DNA from: Peribolospora baueri
Taxonomy: Eukaryota
DNA length: 64,000 bases
Direction: 5' to 3'
Assembly: GCA_029717555.1 (NCBI GenBank)
Contig: JAMDHS010000044.1
Span: 1 to 64,000 of the forward strand
Positions 47,557 through 60,500 of this stretch are shown in pieces (the stretch's first letter is position 1; every line of letters begins with the position of its first letter). Made by a program: the position numbers and the translations under genes. The notes under the pieces were generated by a model that saw only the letters and a list, made by a program, of their open reading frames with translations, was not told the origin of the DNA and did no database searches.

Positions 47557-50500
47557 TCATGTTAATCGGCTCAAGTTGCTCCAGGATATAGGTCTCTTGA
47601 CGCGCTCAATAGTGTTCAAACTCGCCAAGTGTCGCATAGTCGGTCGTCCGTGCGGACAGTTCTGATCATCATACGGTCGCCATTTGACGAGTTAAGGTCA
47701 ATGACGAGTCAATGAGCGTTTCCAGAAGCGCTTAGGGCAGTTGGCGCGACAGACACTCACCCAAGGCTGCTCCATCGTGCCCATATGTCGCAAAATGGTC
47801 GTCATTTGAGATGGCGAAAGGGCTTTGCCTACCATGACGCTCCGTCGGCACGCTCGCATGGCAAACATCGCCCGTGCCTTTGAGCAACGAACCATCTGAC
47901 CAGAGGCGGCGTCCCGAAGAAGGAACAAAAGCTCTTCCAGATCTGTCAAACGTACAATCTTCCCGTAAGCGTACAGGACTTAAGAAGCAGCCAAAAGGGA
48001 CCAAACATTAAATGGCATCAACGCCCACCTTTTACGCCGAAAACGACCTCCTTGCTCATGGGTTGGGCGACCAGCTTCACACGCCTACCCGTCGGTGCGT
48101 CTTCATCAACGTCAATGTCGAAACCATTTGCTCGGATGATTTCGGCATTTTCGATAGCCAGGAGCTCGTCCATGGACGGAAGTTCCAAAGCCCTCGAGCT
48201 GGACGGAAGACGAGGGAAAGGTTAGAGGCCATGGAGCGTAAACGAAGATGGGGAGATGATAGCTCACCTAAAAAGCCTCTGCGAGGTGATCTTCGTCTCT
48301 GCCTGCAGTCGCTCAAAGTTGTACTTCTCATCCGCTGCATGCTGATCGACTATGAAAAGGTCGTGTGCCCCTTCTCGCCTTGCGCGCCCGAAGGAGCAGG
48401 GGTCGTTGGACTCATCGTTGGATGTTTTGCGCCGGCGCACGATGATGAAGCCGAGGTTAAATTGTCCCACTACTTCCATTTCCGCAAAATCTGGTTTGCT
48501 GATGACCCGCGCCAATTCGCGCTCCGCTATCTCAGCATCTACAGTGTTGATACCAGCCTCCGGCTGAATGCTTGGCGTGGAAAAGAGATGACCTGCGGAG
48601 TGCTGACGGGGATGTCCTTCTTGATCCTTTGTCGCTGACCGTGACCGCCACCTGCGACGCACGCGATCGATATCGAAGCGAATCTGAACAAATCCTTCGG
48701 ATGTCGTACTCAGCACTTCGTCCCTCAGTCGAAGAGCCAGCTTCCGCTCTGCTGTGGAAGATGCATTGTTTACGGCGGGCGGCAGTTGGATGGCTGGTCC
48801 CATGGAGCCACCTTCTTGGTCGTCAAGTTCGCCTTCACCTTGCTCGTCTCTTGATGACCTTTCCTCGTCACCGTCTCCATCGCTTCCTGTCGATATGTCG
48901 TCCGCGCCGTCAGCGGCCTGCTCCAAGGAGATCGTCTCCCGAGGCTGCTCTCCTTCAGAAGCCGGCTGTTCAACCATGCACACTGCAGAAGTTGCATCTG
49001 GAGGAGGGGATTCCTCGAAATGCCTGCCAACCACAACAGACTCCGGTGCCTCGTCGGCAGCCTCCGCCATGTCCTCATCTTGTGGTTCGTCACCGTATGT
49101 CTCCGCATCAGACGCCTCGTCTTTGTCAATACCGATAGACCCTACTTGGCTGCCAGGCATGGCGAATTCGGTCAATTGCCCCGTAAAACCCAAACGGCTG
49201 GCGTGAGACTGAGCTCTGCCTGCGTCCTGATCTGTCCGGCGTCTTTTTAATGCTGCACCGCGGGTAGACAAAGTCCCGAGTGCCCAAGACGCGCTGCTCG
49301 TCGAGAGGGTCATCTGAACTGGTCGCTTGGCTGTTCGCGTTGGTGAAGAGTGAGCTTTGATGCCCAAGGGCTTTGAGAGTTCAGTCGACCCAGCAGGGGC
49401 ACGCCAGGTTGCGCCCCTACACGCGTGCTGAGTGTCCAAGTCTTCGCGTTCTGAAGACACTTGCCCGCTATCCATGCCATCGTCCCCGTCGTCAACCTCT
49501 TCATCCGATTGCGAAGTTGGCAGGGTAGTGGGGCGAGCCTCTTCGGGGTTATCGTCATCCCGCGGTGAAGCGGACACATGAGACGGCGAGGCACTTCGCC
49601 CTTGAGCAGGAGATGCGTACTCTGAATCGGGAAAAGTTTCCAATTCCTCATCTTCATTCTCCGAACCAGACACTCTCTGACTTTCGGGGGAACCTGCCGC
49701 CCGGCGAGAGGAATGAGCCCCTTGAACAGCATATGTTGATCGTGCTGGTTGGAAAAGGTCTTCCAGACAAGTCTGACCCACATTGACCGATTTGTGAGTG
49801 CGCATGTCAATACATCATAAACACGCGGATAATAGGTCGTTTTATTGCCGCACCTTGAGCGTCTCAACAAGCTGCGCCTCGCTGTGTAAGAAAATGGTCC
49901 TCTTGTCGGGACTGACGTTGACATCGTAGGCGTCTGTCGACGGGAAGAAAGACTAGAAGATGAGACGCCACACGTAAAGCTCTTCAAGCCTCATCTTTCT
50001 CACCCGTCGGTAATCTGAAGTCAGCTAGGACGAAAGGATATTGGTTGGAATTGAAGCTCCGATAGACTTCGTTGAAGGCCTTGGCCACCTGTCGGCGTAT
50101 TCGGTGGGTAAAATGAAGGTTGTCAGAGGGACGCCACGAGGAAGGTGGGATGTAGATCTCTCACCTTCGTAGGAGAGCATGGTCGCCCGTTGATGTAAAA
50201 GAATTGTCGATCTGAGCTTGTTCGCCCATTTCCAGGACTCGGCTTTGAGATCAGTCCCACCACCTCGACCTGAACGACTCCAAGCCTGACAGACACAGCA
50301 GTAAATCAGCGAAGATTCCGCAGCCTAAACGTTCTTCAAGCCGGGAAGTACAAAACGAAATGAAGCCGGCAGCACGCACTCATCGTCATCGTCTGCCTTC
50401 AGCCGTGAGATAGATTTCGCGGGGCTGACTTGTAGTTGCAGTTGAAGCGATTGGAGGGACGTCATTGCCTTGGCCCCAAAGACTGCAGTGACGTTTGCAG

Positions 50501-51633
50501 ACAGAAATGATGGAGAACTGTTTCCTGGTACCGTCAGAGCTGAAGAGCGCTTTCTGAATTTGGCCACGAGTTAGGCGGCTGGAATCATTAGCTAACGCAA
50601 ACAACGAAGACATGTACGCGGCATGAGGTGCAGACGACATTGCTCACCCCGCGACCGTGTTATTCACAGACAATCTCACGCCTTTGCTGATAAGGGCATA
50701 GGCCTGCAAAAGTCCGAGAGCCTTGGCGTACTCTCGCTTGATGTTTCGCTCAAACTCGCGCCTGCGCACTGGCAGGGGGGAGAAAAGGGAGCTAACTCGA
50801 ACGGTACTTCCGCGCTATGGAATTCGAGCACGGCATTGGATATGAGCCCGTGAAGGCGGTGTCGCAGGGCAGGCAGAAGGGAGGAAATCAAGAATCAGGG
50901 GAAAACTCGTCTAATTTGTTGCACTTTAGTTCTGTGATCCGCTGTTCTCTATCACTCACCTGTCTCGCGCTCTTGCCATCAGAACTCTTCAACCTTCCGC
51001 TAGATTCCAATTCGAGTACTGTCCCCATGGGGGCCTGCTCTTCCGTCGCCGTGATGATAGTCACGTCGGACAAGGCGCATAGGCTTGAGAGCGCCTCGCC
51101 TCTAAAACCGAACGTGGTAACAGAGGCGAGATCAGAGAAGGTGGAGAGTTTAGATGTGTGGTGTCTGAGAGCTGAAAATTGGGCGTGATGAAGGAATACG
51201 TTGAAATCACGCCGTCAGCGGGCCTGTCACCCATTTGTTCGACTCGAGTCAGCAAAAGGGGCGGTGCAACAGGACCAACCTATGCCCTCGTAATCATCTG
51301 GAGAGATACCGCTTCCATTGTCAACAACCTCAACACTGTCAGCGCCATGTTCCTTGAAGCGGACCTCTGCAGGAAGAAGCAACGGCCATGTTCACTACCG
51401 TACCTTGAAAACCGAACCACCGCGACGAGGAGCTAGAGCCTGCCCATGAACTGGTTTGCTTTGGCGGTGCAAGCAGACCCGGATGGCTCACCTATGTTAG
51501 TAGCTCCGGCATCCAAGCTATTCTCGACCAGCTCCTTCACAGCTGTCTGCAAGTCGAGCACCACCTGGCCGGACTGGAGCCGGTGTACGTCTCCCCGGCT
51601 GATCGCTTTGATGGGCCCATCGCGAGAAGCCAT
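47557..51633 (-). CDS. PMS1: MutL-alpha endonuclease subunit (yeast Pms1 / human PMS2), multi-exon
   Basis: [66 protein letters not shown] and [14 protein letters not shown]. Confidence 0.95.
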
Positions 51634-52010
51634 AAATGGCCAGCTCCGGCGACCAGAGGCAGTGCGGTGTTAAAACAAGAAGAATGATATACAGCTCTGA
51701 CGCTATCGTTGGGTGGGTTGTAGATGACGGGACGGGTAATAGGGAGACTGAGAGGGGGACGTGATAAAGAGGTGGAGCGATCGGACGCGATGACGCGTCC
51801 GAGACGCGATGCGCGGCGCATTCTGGGACGAGCCGTCCAACTAACGGACTGCTGAACCCGCATGGGGAGCAGATATATTTACATGACAGCAGCACCAGTT
51901 CAGAGCTCAACAGAAAGCATGCAGACCAAAGAGGGGACGAAAGACAGCGTTTATCTACCTCCGCACAGAGGGACATTCAGCATCTCCTATCCACCGCCCT
52001 GACCACAGGT

Positions 52011-54606
52011 TCACTCATCCAGCGTCGACAGCGACTGCGACCATTTGATGACCTTGGGATGCGCGAGGACCTATGCGTGCAGAGCAGAGCAAGTGAGACA
52101 TCCGGGCACCAGAGCTAAGATCGGGTAGCCGTCAGTGCTCACCTTCGAAGCTTCGAAGTTGAACACCTGAAGTCCTTCAAGAGATGTGCAGCGCGAGAGG
52201 GCAACGTACGCTTGGCCTGGCGCAACGCGAAACAGAGTGTGGGCCGAGTGTCCTAGCAGGCTAAACCTTCCCAAACTTACCTTTCTCAAACACGCGGCTG
52301 AGGCTAATACGGCAGCGATCGAGCGTCTGCCCCTGGCTCTTGTGTATAGAGATAGCCCAAGCGAGGATCAAGGGCTGAACGAAGCACGAAGCAGGAAGGC
52401 CGTCTAGTTGAGCGAGCGCAGTAGGACCGCCCGTCAAACCTCCCTGAACACAGATATTAGGGCTCACCAACTGAGTCCTGCTGGCCTGAATTTCTCCATT
52501 TGGCTGCTCAATCTTCCAGGTCTCCGGCCTTACGAGCATCTCCTTGTGGGACCCGTTCGGCTGCAAAAAGCGAACAATGGGGTAGACGGGCTGTGGCGCG
52601 TCGGTCTTCTTCATCCTGGCCGCTTTTCCTTCCTCAAGGGCTGCGTCGACCAGACCCCTCTCGGCGTTGTAAGTCCTCTCGTCCGCGAAGCCGACCACCT
52701 TGCCCACAGAGCCGTTAACAAGCGTGTCGTCCGTGTTCTTGATGAGCATGACCTGCGCGTCCACCTTGAGCTCCAGGTACTGTGGAGCGACCATGTTGGC
52801 CAGAAGCCTCGTGCGTTGATCAGCTGGGACCGTACCACTGTCGAGAGCAGCGAAGGTGCGCGACTCTCCCTTCAACGCGCGCATGCGGTTTTGGTTGGCT
52901 CTGTCGACTTCTTCACGACGAGGATAACTAATAGAACGCGAACGACGGTCAAAATCGCTGCCCATGCATATTCACGCTTCTTACAGAGACACATTACTCA
53001 CAGCTCTGTTGGTTCGATGCCATCCTCGTAGGAAGGCTCTCGTTCCAAAGACTTGAATTTCTGAATGGATTGCGGCGAGAGCTTGCCGAAACGCATTTCA
53101 TTGAGCATGTTGACAAATTCTGCAAACAATGAAACGAGAAAGGAAGCAGGTGGGTAAGCAGGTCAGCACACGAAATTGGTTGACGGCAATAGTGGACCAA
53201 TAGTTCCCTGTCGCTGTTAGTCCGGTCATAAAAGTGAAAGTGAAGACGGGAGAAACGACGAGCGACGCGTACGAACCCGAATCTTTTTGACGGAAGACCT
53301 GGGTCAAGTTGACCATGTGTGAGATGACATCCTGCCAGCAATCGGCCTCGAAGCAGAACTTGACGACCGGGCCCTTGCTGACAGGCGGGAGTTGGAAAAA
53401 GTCTCCTGTCACCACGACCTGCGTTGTCAAAGTCAGCAACCGAATGAAGAGGGCTGCAGATGAGACGTGGGAGCTAAATAGACAGAAGCGAGACCAACCA
53501 ATTTTGACTCGCCTGAATTCCTCCAAACGGTGCGGTACTCTTTCGAATCGACCGCGCGATGCTCTCCAGCTTGTCGAACAACTCGCCGTCGACCATGGAA
53601 ACTGAAGATGGGAGGGTGAAGCAAGCGTTAATTAACTGTGAACATACGCAGGAATAACCCGCAGATCGTGGCCCGCGCGTCTACCAAGGCCATAGAAAAA
53701 CAATACTCACCCTCGTCGATAACTAGCACTTTTGTCCTGTGCCACCTCGAAGCCGCCTTGTGGTTCTTCTTGACCTTCGTCAACAGCTGCGCTACGCTTT
53801 CCGTACCTAGGCCGATTCCAGCAAAGCTGTGCAGCGTCACACCCCCAATGTTGCAAGCGGCAATGCCCGTAGAGGCGGTGACAGCCACCGTGTCCTGTTT
53901 CGACTTGGCCTTCAGTGTCCTAATGATCTCGCGCAGCAGGACGGATTTTCCGGTCCCTGACGGACACGACGAGCGCATATAGCAAGCACAATAGGTGTCA
54001 AATGCAGCCCAAAATTTGTACGAAAAGGTTGAGCTCACCGGCGGATCCAGTGAAGAAGACGCTCTTCTGTTCGTTGACGACCATGGCGAGAATCTTCCGC
54101 TGTTGGGGGCTCAGAATCACCTTCTGCTGAATGTTGGTCGCGTTGCTCGTCAAGCTGGCGCTCGGACTGGACCTTCTCGTGTCTTCAACAAGCTTCACTC
54201 CGCTTCCCCCCACGTGCCTCGCGCCATCCCGCCTCGGAACGACAAGAGCACGGTCGTTCAGAAGCCTCTGCTGTTTGAGGGCTGCAGCGGACGTCTCCCA
54301 AGGCAGCGTGCGCTTCACGCCGGAAGAGCCAGTAATGGTGGATACATTCTCAGAGGTGGAACCGCGCACAGACTTCACCTTCGAGGAGGAAGAAGATAGT
54401 GCTTTGCTGGCAAAGGCGTTCTCCTTTCGCGCCGCGGACGTCGCCGTCTCGGGCCGCTCGGGATGGGGCGCCTTTACAATATCCGGAGAGCTGCTCCACG
54501 GAATGGCATCATCGTCGTCTTCCGCGTTGGTGTTTTTCGAGGTGCTGGACCAAGACCGCTTGATTGAGGCGATGGGGCCGGGGCCGTTATGCTGATTCAA
54601 CGCCAT
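52011..54606 (-). CDS. PIF1: Pif1-family 5'-3' DNA helicase, multi-exon
   Basis: [72 protein letters not shown] and GQAYVALSR. Confidence 0.95.
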
Positions 54607-55399
54607 CGTCGTGGTGGATAGTGGAAGGGCAAGGCCGTCGGGACGACGCGGTTTACGCGTCAATACGCGCGGTCGGCTGCGGCAGAGGAGGGGGGTCGCA
54701 GATGGCCATCCGAATCGTCGATTGCGCTCTTACGACGAAACTGCTTGACTATCGACTCGAAGCACGTAGGACTTGCTCAGCGGACCATATGATCAGCACG
54801 CGTATCCTGACTGCTGACATGACTCTTAATCGTAATAGACTCGCATTTCATCGTCGATTCGACCCTCAATGCGTCCTGACGAGGTCAGCCGGCAAGCGCT
54901 TGATTGCGCTCCTCGGGCCCGGTCGCCATCACACAGCCCACCCGGCGAGCACATGGTGCTATATGGGCATTGGTCTCTTAGAAAATCCAGCAGCTATGGA
55001 AGGATTCTTGTTGGCCAGTCCGCTTTCGGAGGCGGCGTGAGAACGATTTGTGGCAGACACCTGCGCCAGGATTGAACTGGGACAGGGCCTTGGGGAAAGG
55101 CTGTATCCTTGGAGACCTAACGCTGGATCGAAGCCTATTGCTTGCACCCTATAGATAGGCAGGTACGTCTCTAGCTTGCGTCATCGCGCAAAAGCTTCAG
55201 GATTGAGCTGCTAAAGCTGTGCGATGGACGCCCTCAAGCGCCTCTGTCCCACGGGCGTTAACGCCGCTCCAACCGTACGGACCGCTCTGATAGCCGTTCC
55301 TCATGAAAGGCGAAGGAACGCCGGGTAGAAACCTGTTCGGGATGTTACGAGCTACAAACACCTCGTGGGCGGCCAAGAAGCGAAGGCGACAGGAGTGGA

Positions 55400-56650
55400 T
55401 TGGATAGCACTTTCCCGTTGCCAGAAGCGCCGCGAGACAGGAAGCAAGACGAGCGACATGAATTGAGCTTCGTATTTTTAAGTTGGGAAGAGATAACTTC
55501 CCCCCTTGGGTACCTGGTAAGCTATCTGCCTTTTCGACGCGGATGTGCCTCGGCATGTTTATAATTCATACTGCGTACCCGCGTGTCAGGATTGAGTCTA
55601 AAAACACAATCCATCTAGGCCAGCAAAAGGCACTTTTGGTCAGTCTGGCTACTGACCAATCCCAGAAGCTATAAGTACCGCCAGGATTCATGACACCGCA
55701 TCGGTGCGCTCTGTGAGCAGCTGAACAGTGACGAGGACATGGATGAAGTGAAGAGAGAGGCGTGGAGGCGAAGTAGGAGGAGAAAGGAAGGAAGATTGAA
55801 AGGGTGAACAAACCGGGGTTGATATCCTCGGATGAGGGCGGGCCTCGCACAGCGCGTACTCGTCCTCACCAGCCCCACCTCATCTGAAGAAGACGACGAG
55901 ATGAGCCGATGCTAATGACCTGATTAGAACTGATGAAAGCAGAACGATACGTTTAAAGGCGAAGAGAATGGAAGAAAATGATATAAAAAGCCCTTTCCAC
56001 ACCTGCAACCAAAAAGCAACCGGGCTCCAGAGGTATAGTATAGAAGCTCTAGAAGATACGCTCGTGGACGCTCCGTTGGATGATCCGCTGATGTGTGGGA
56101 TATATTTCTGTCGATATCTCCTCTATACCGGCACTACTCGAGCCAACCGACGGAAGACCGCGCGGCTGAGCTCTAGAGGAGAGAGAGCCACGCTTTCCAT
56201 AGCAAAAGAGGACGCTTGAAATGACACGGGACGGAAGCCGAGGATGGATGTGGATCTCGTACAACGCCATTTCTTATCTGAAGAAAGGCGAGGACAAAGA
56301 GGATGAGCATGATAGAGGATTTTTAAAGCCTCAAATCAAATCGATAACGAGCTGGGAAAGCAGCTTAGCCGCGAGCCAGGGAGATGTGGCGGTGGGAGTG
56401 CACGCTAGAAGGCCGATGTGATCCGGCCGTGCAAGAGCGGCCTTGGCGAGAATGAATGGGGAGTAAGGTGCACTGTGGGACGAGACAACCTCTCAAGCTA
56501 TGAGGGCCCTGAAAATAGTTAAATGAGCAAGCTGGGAGACACCATAGGAACCCCGGCGGCTAGGCTTCGTCCTACAGGATGTGAAGCGGACCCTCGAGGA
56601 AAAGTGTGCCCAGGGACACGCCGCAAACACGTCCTCGCTTTGACCTTGTA
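55400..56650 (-). mobile_element. Probable highly decayed L1-clade LINE reverse transcriptase relic
   Basis: Collinear, frameshifted echoes of RT motifs: HRPSSV (YRPISL), AKLLSQL, AVFRRL, KYIPHI...GASTSV, GVERA..SILFA, AHLVVF (ADDL), WRYL and QGG.LSLPNL. Recognised by eye only. Confidence 0.45.
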
Positions 56651-57040
56651 TAGCCGGAGGCATCGACGATAACACTGGAAAGACAAAGGGACGTGGTCTC
56701 TTGCTCCTCTGCAGTCCACGCTCGCTTGTTTGCTCCCCACCATTCCACGAACACTGGTGTGTTCAAGGGAGTCGACGCGACAGCTTGAATCACGCTCGCT
56801 GGATTCGAGAGTAAGGAACAATAATATTGTCTCCTCCCAAACAGTGCCCTTATAGGAATGTAACCACTGTACTGGTCGTTTGCCTAAGAGTTGAGCCGAC
56901 CAACTTGCCTTGTACGGTGTCGAGTGCGCGCGATTCCGTCCCGACAAGCGGATTATGTGCAGGCTAAGGGCCCGAAGAAGCTGGCAATGTGCGGACAGTC
57001 CGCTCGTCTCAGTCATTACCTGTGCACTTGGTCTCCTGCG

Positions 57041-57087
<47 letters not shown>
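57041..57087. repeat. Poly-C homopolymer, 47 nt
   Basis: Directly visible. The exact length may be affected by sequencing error. Confidence 0.9.
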
Positions 57088-57089
<2 letters not shown>

Positions 57090-57512
57090 ACTGTCGAAGA
57101 AGCGCACATACACGAGCTCGACGACGTCGTCCACTCTTGCCTCCAGCGCTGCTTGCCGACGAAACCCTCTCACGGACAACCCGTGATACCTGACCGTGAC
57201 AGAAAAGCTGCGGCAGAAGAAGTGGCTCACGTGCGCATTTCAATTCTTTTGTAATGCCACTTTCCTCCTTTCTAATCCCAAACAATGCCCGCGGTTGCCC
57301 GAATTTTTTTCTCTCCTTTCTCGGCTCGGCTTGGTCGGTCGTCTTTCTTCTTCCTTCCTACGACGAGGTCGGCGCTCGAGCATCCCATCGCCATCCGCCT
57401 TTTGCTCTCCACCACGTCCTCCTCATCAAGAGGCACCCCTCCTCTCCCTTTCTCTTCTTTATCCTGTTTCCCCTTCCATTGACGACCTGGACGATCCGGT
57501 AACGAAGTTGTT

Positions 57513-60500
57513 ATGGACGTGAGTGCCTGATCCCTCGGTGCGAGACAGGGACGACAGGCACCTTCGCCACGTCCTCACCCTCACGCTCGCATTGCTTTCC
57601 ATCCCACACAGCCGACTTTCGTGCAGAACGTGCATGCTCTTCTTGAGCAGAGCACCTCGCCGGACACCGCGGCGATCAAGGCTGTAAGCTTCGTCTTTTC
57701 TTCTCACACCCTCCTCTCTGCCGAGCTTCTTAAAGTCGCTCCTGCTCGCTCTCCTTTCCCTGCCTTCAGGCCACCGATGCTTTGAACAACCAGGTGTACA
57801 AAAACCCGCAATGTGTGCCCGCTCTCTTCGAGATCGCTGCCTCGTCGCCTGCTCCCCAAGTCCGCCAGCTCGCCGCGGTCGAACTCAGGAAGAGGGTGTC
57901 GGCGAGCAGGAACAAGATGTGGCTCAAGCAGGCCGAGGATGTTCGAAATGGTATCAAGGCCCGTCTTTTAGAAATCATTCTCAAGGAGGAAGTGTGAGTG
58001 GCGTGACTGTGCACCAAATTTTTTCAAGTGCTTACGGGTGGAGGATCCATAGGCTGGAAGTTAATGGTCCACTGCTTTTTCATCACTCTTGAACTATATC
58101 AGTAAACTCGTTCGCCACTCGACCGCCCGTGTCATTTCGTCCATTGCTCGCATCGAGCTGCCCCAGAACACTTGGCCGGACCTGCTGCCCTTCCTCTACA
58201 ATGCGACCAACTCCCCGGCCGCTGCCCACCGCGAGATTGGCGTTTTTGTTCTTTTTACCCTCGTCGAGACCATCGCCCAGTCCATGCAGGCGCAGCTCCC
58301 TCACTTGTTCAAGCTTTTTAACGAGCGTTTGACCGACCCCGAGAGTCTGGAGGTGCGGGTCACCACGGTGCGCGCTCTGGGTGTCGTCGCCGAGCACATC
58401 GAACCCGCGGACAAGAACGACATCGCCACTTTCCAGAGCATGCTTCCCACCATGGTTCAAGTGCTCCACCAGTCCCTGGAGGCGGACGATGAAGACAGCG
58501 CTCGCAAGTGCTTCGACGTCTTCGAGACCCTTCTCGTCCTCGAGGCCCCCCTCGTCTCTAAGCACATCACGGACATGGTCGAATACTTCGTCACCTGCGG
58601 CGGTAACACGAACTATGATGACGCTCTCCGTGTTATGGCGCTCAACTCGCTCCTTTGGACTTGCAAGTACAAGAAGCAGAAGGTCCAGACGCTCGGCCTC
58701 GCCAAGCCGATCATCGAGCGTATGTTTGCCATCGGTGCGGAGGAAGACCCGGAAGATGTCGATGAGGACTCGCCATCCAGGGTGAATAAATTTCTCGTTT
58801 TTGTTAAAGTTTGAGTTGTTCCCACATACGAGGACAATTTTTTGATACGCTCCACTTGCTTTCTTCTGTGTCATCAGCTCGCCCTCCGTGTCCTCGATTG
58901 CCTGGCCACGAGCCTGCCCCCGCAGCAAGTTTTCGCGCCGCTACTCGAGTTGATGCGACAGTACATGTCGTCCGCCGACCCACGCCTCCGCAAGTCGGCC
59001 ATGATGTGCTTCGGCGTGTCCGTGGAGGGCTGTTCGGAGTACATTAGGCCTCTCATGAAGGACCTCTGGCCTTTTGTCGATGCTGGCCTTCAGGACCCGG
59101 AGGCTATCGTGCGAAAGGCGGCGTGTATCGCGCTGGGATGCTTGTGCGAGATGTTGGACGAGGAGTGCGCCGCCAGGCACGCTGTTCTCCTTCCCGTGAG
59201 TGCTATCATGTCTTCTTGCACTGCTGCTTGTACACCCTTCAGTGACAGCTGACCCAGCTCTCATTTCGTCACTGCAGCTCGTCATCAACCTCATGAACGA
59301 CGCCGACACGCAGCGCTCGGCCTGCACTGCTCTCGACTCGCTCCTCGAGGTGCTCGGAGACGACATTGTCCAGTACTTGCCCATGCTCATGGAGCGCCTC
59401 GTCGGTTTGCTCGAAACGGCCCCTCCCCCCGTGAAGGGGACAGTGACTGGGGCGATCGGCTCGGCAGCGCACGCTTCCAAGGAGCAGTTCCAGCCGTACT
59501 TCCAGCAGACGATCACTCGCCTCATCCCCTTCCTCTCGCTGACTAAGGAGGGCGAGGAACAGGACTTGCGCGGTATCGCCACCGACACGATCGGTACTCT
59601 CTCCGAGGCCGTTGGAAAGGAGGCTTTCCGTCCCTACTTCAGCGAGATCATGAAGTACGCCTTCGAAGGCATGCAGCTCGAGAGCCCGAGGCTGCGCGAG
59701 TGCAGCTTCATCTTCTTCGCCGTCATGAGCCGTGTCTTCGGAGAGGAGTTCGCGCCTTACCTTGAGCACGTCGTGCCCGCTCTTATCTCGAGCTGCCAGC
59801 AGAAGGAGCATGAGGACCTACCTGGAGGTGAGTATCCTTGCCGAGTCGTCTTGTATATCGGAGTCTCTTGTTTCCTCTCATTTTCACTGTACTCTTTTTA
59901 TTGACCCCTTGCTGTTATCTATCGCAGGCGACGATGCAGGTGAACCCGTCGTTGTCGAGGAGGACGATGGCGATGGGGACTTTGTCGACACGGAAGACTG
60001 GGCGGAGAAGGTTCTGTCCATCAACTCTGCCGTGGCCATCGAGAAGGAAGTGGCGGCGGACAGCCTGGGCGAGCTCTTCCGGCGTACGAAGCAGCACTTC
60101 CTGCCTTACCTTACTCACGCCGTTCCCCAGCTCGTCAACCTCACCGAGCACTACTACGAAGGCATCCGCAAGAGCGCCCTTTCTGCCCTCTTCACCTTCC
60201 TCAACACCTTCTATGAGCTCAGCAACCCGCAGCAATGGCAGCCCGGCGCCAACGTGGTAAGTGGTTGGTTGTGCATGCGCTTGATTGTGGTCAAGTTATT
60301 GCCGTTACTGACATGGATCCTTCCTCTCGCCTCTACGTGGCTCTTGCAGAAGGTGCCCTTGGACAAGCACGTGCAGGAGCTCGCGGGGACTATTATGCCC
60401 GCTGCCATGGAGCTCTGGGAGAACGAAGATGACAAGTGAGTGTCCGCTCTGAGCTTCTCTCTTTTCATCTTCCCTTCCGTTCGTCGATTCGCTTCTTCTC

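Noticed and set aside
47557..54606. PMS1-PIF1 adjacency (plus RFC3) as a genome-maintenance cluster
   Set aside because: Ordinary housekeeping neighbours with no shared regulatory signal seen. Chance adjacency is sufficient.
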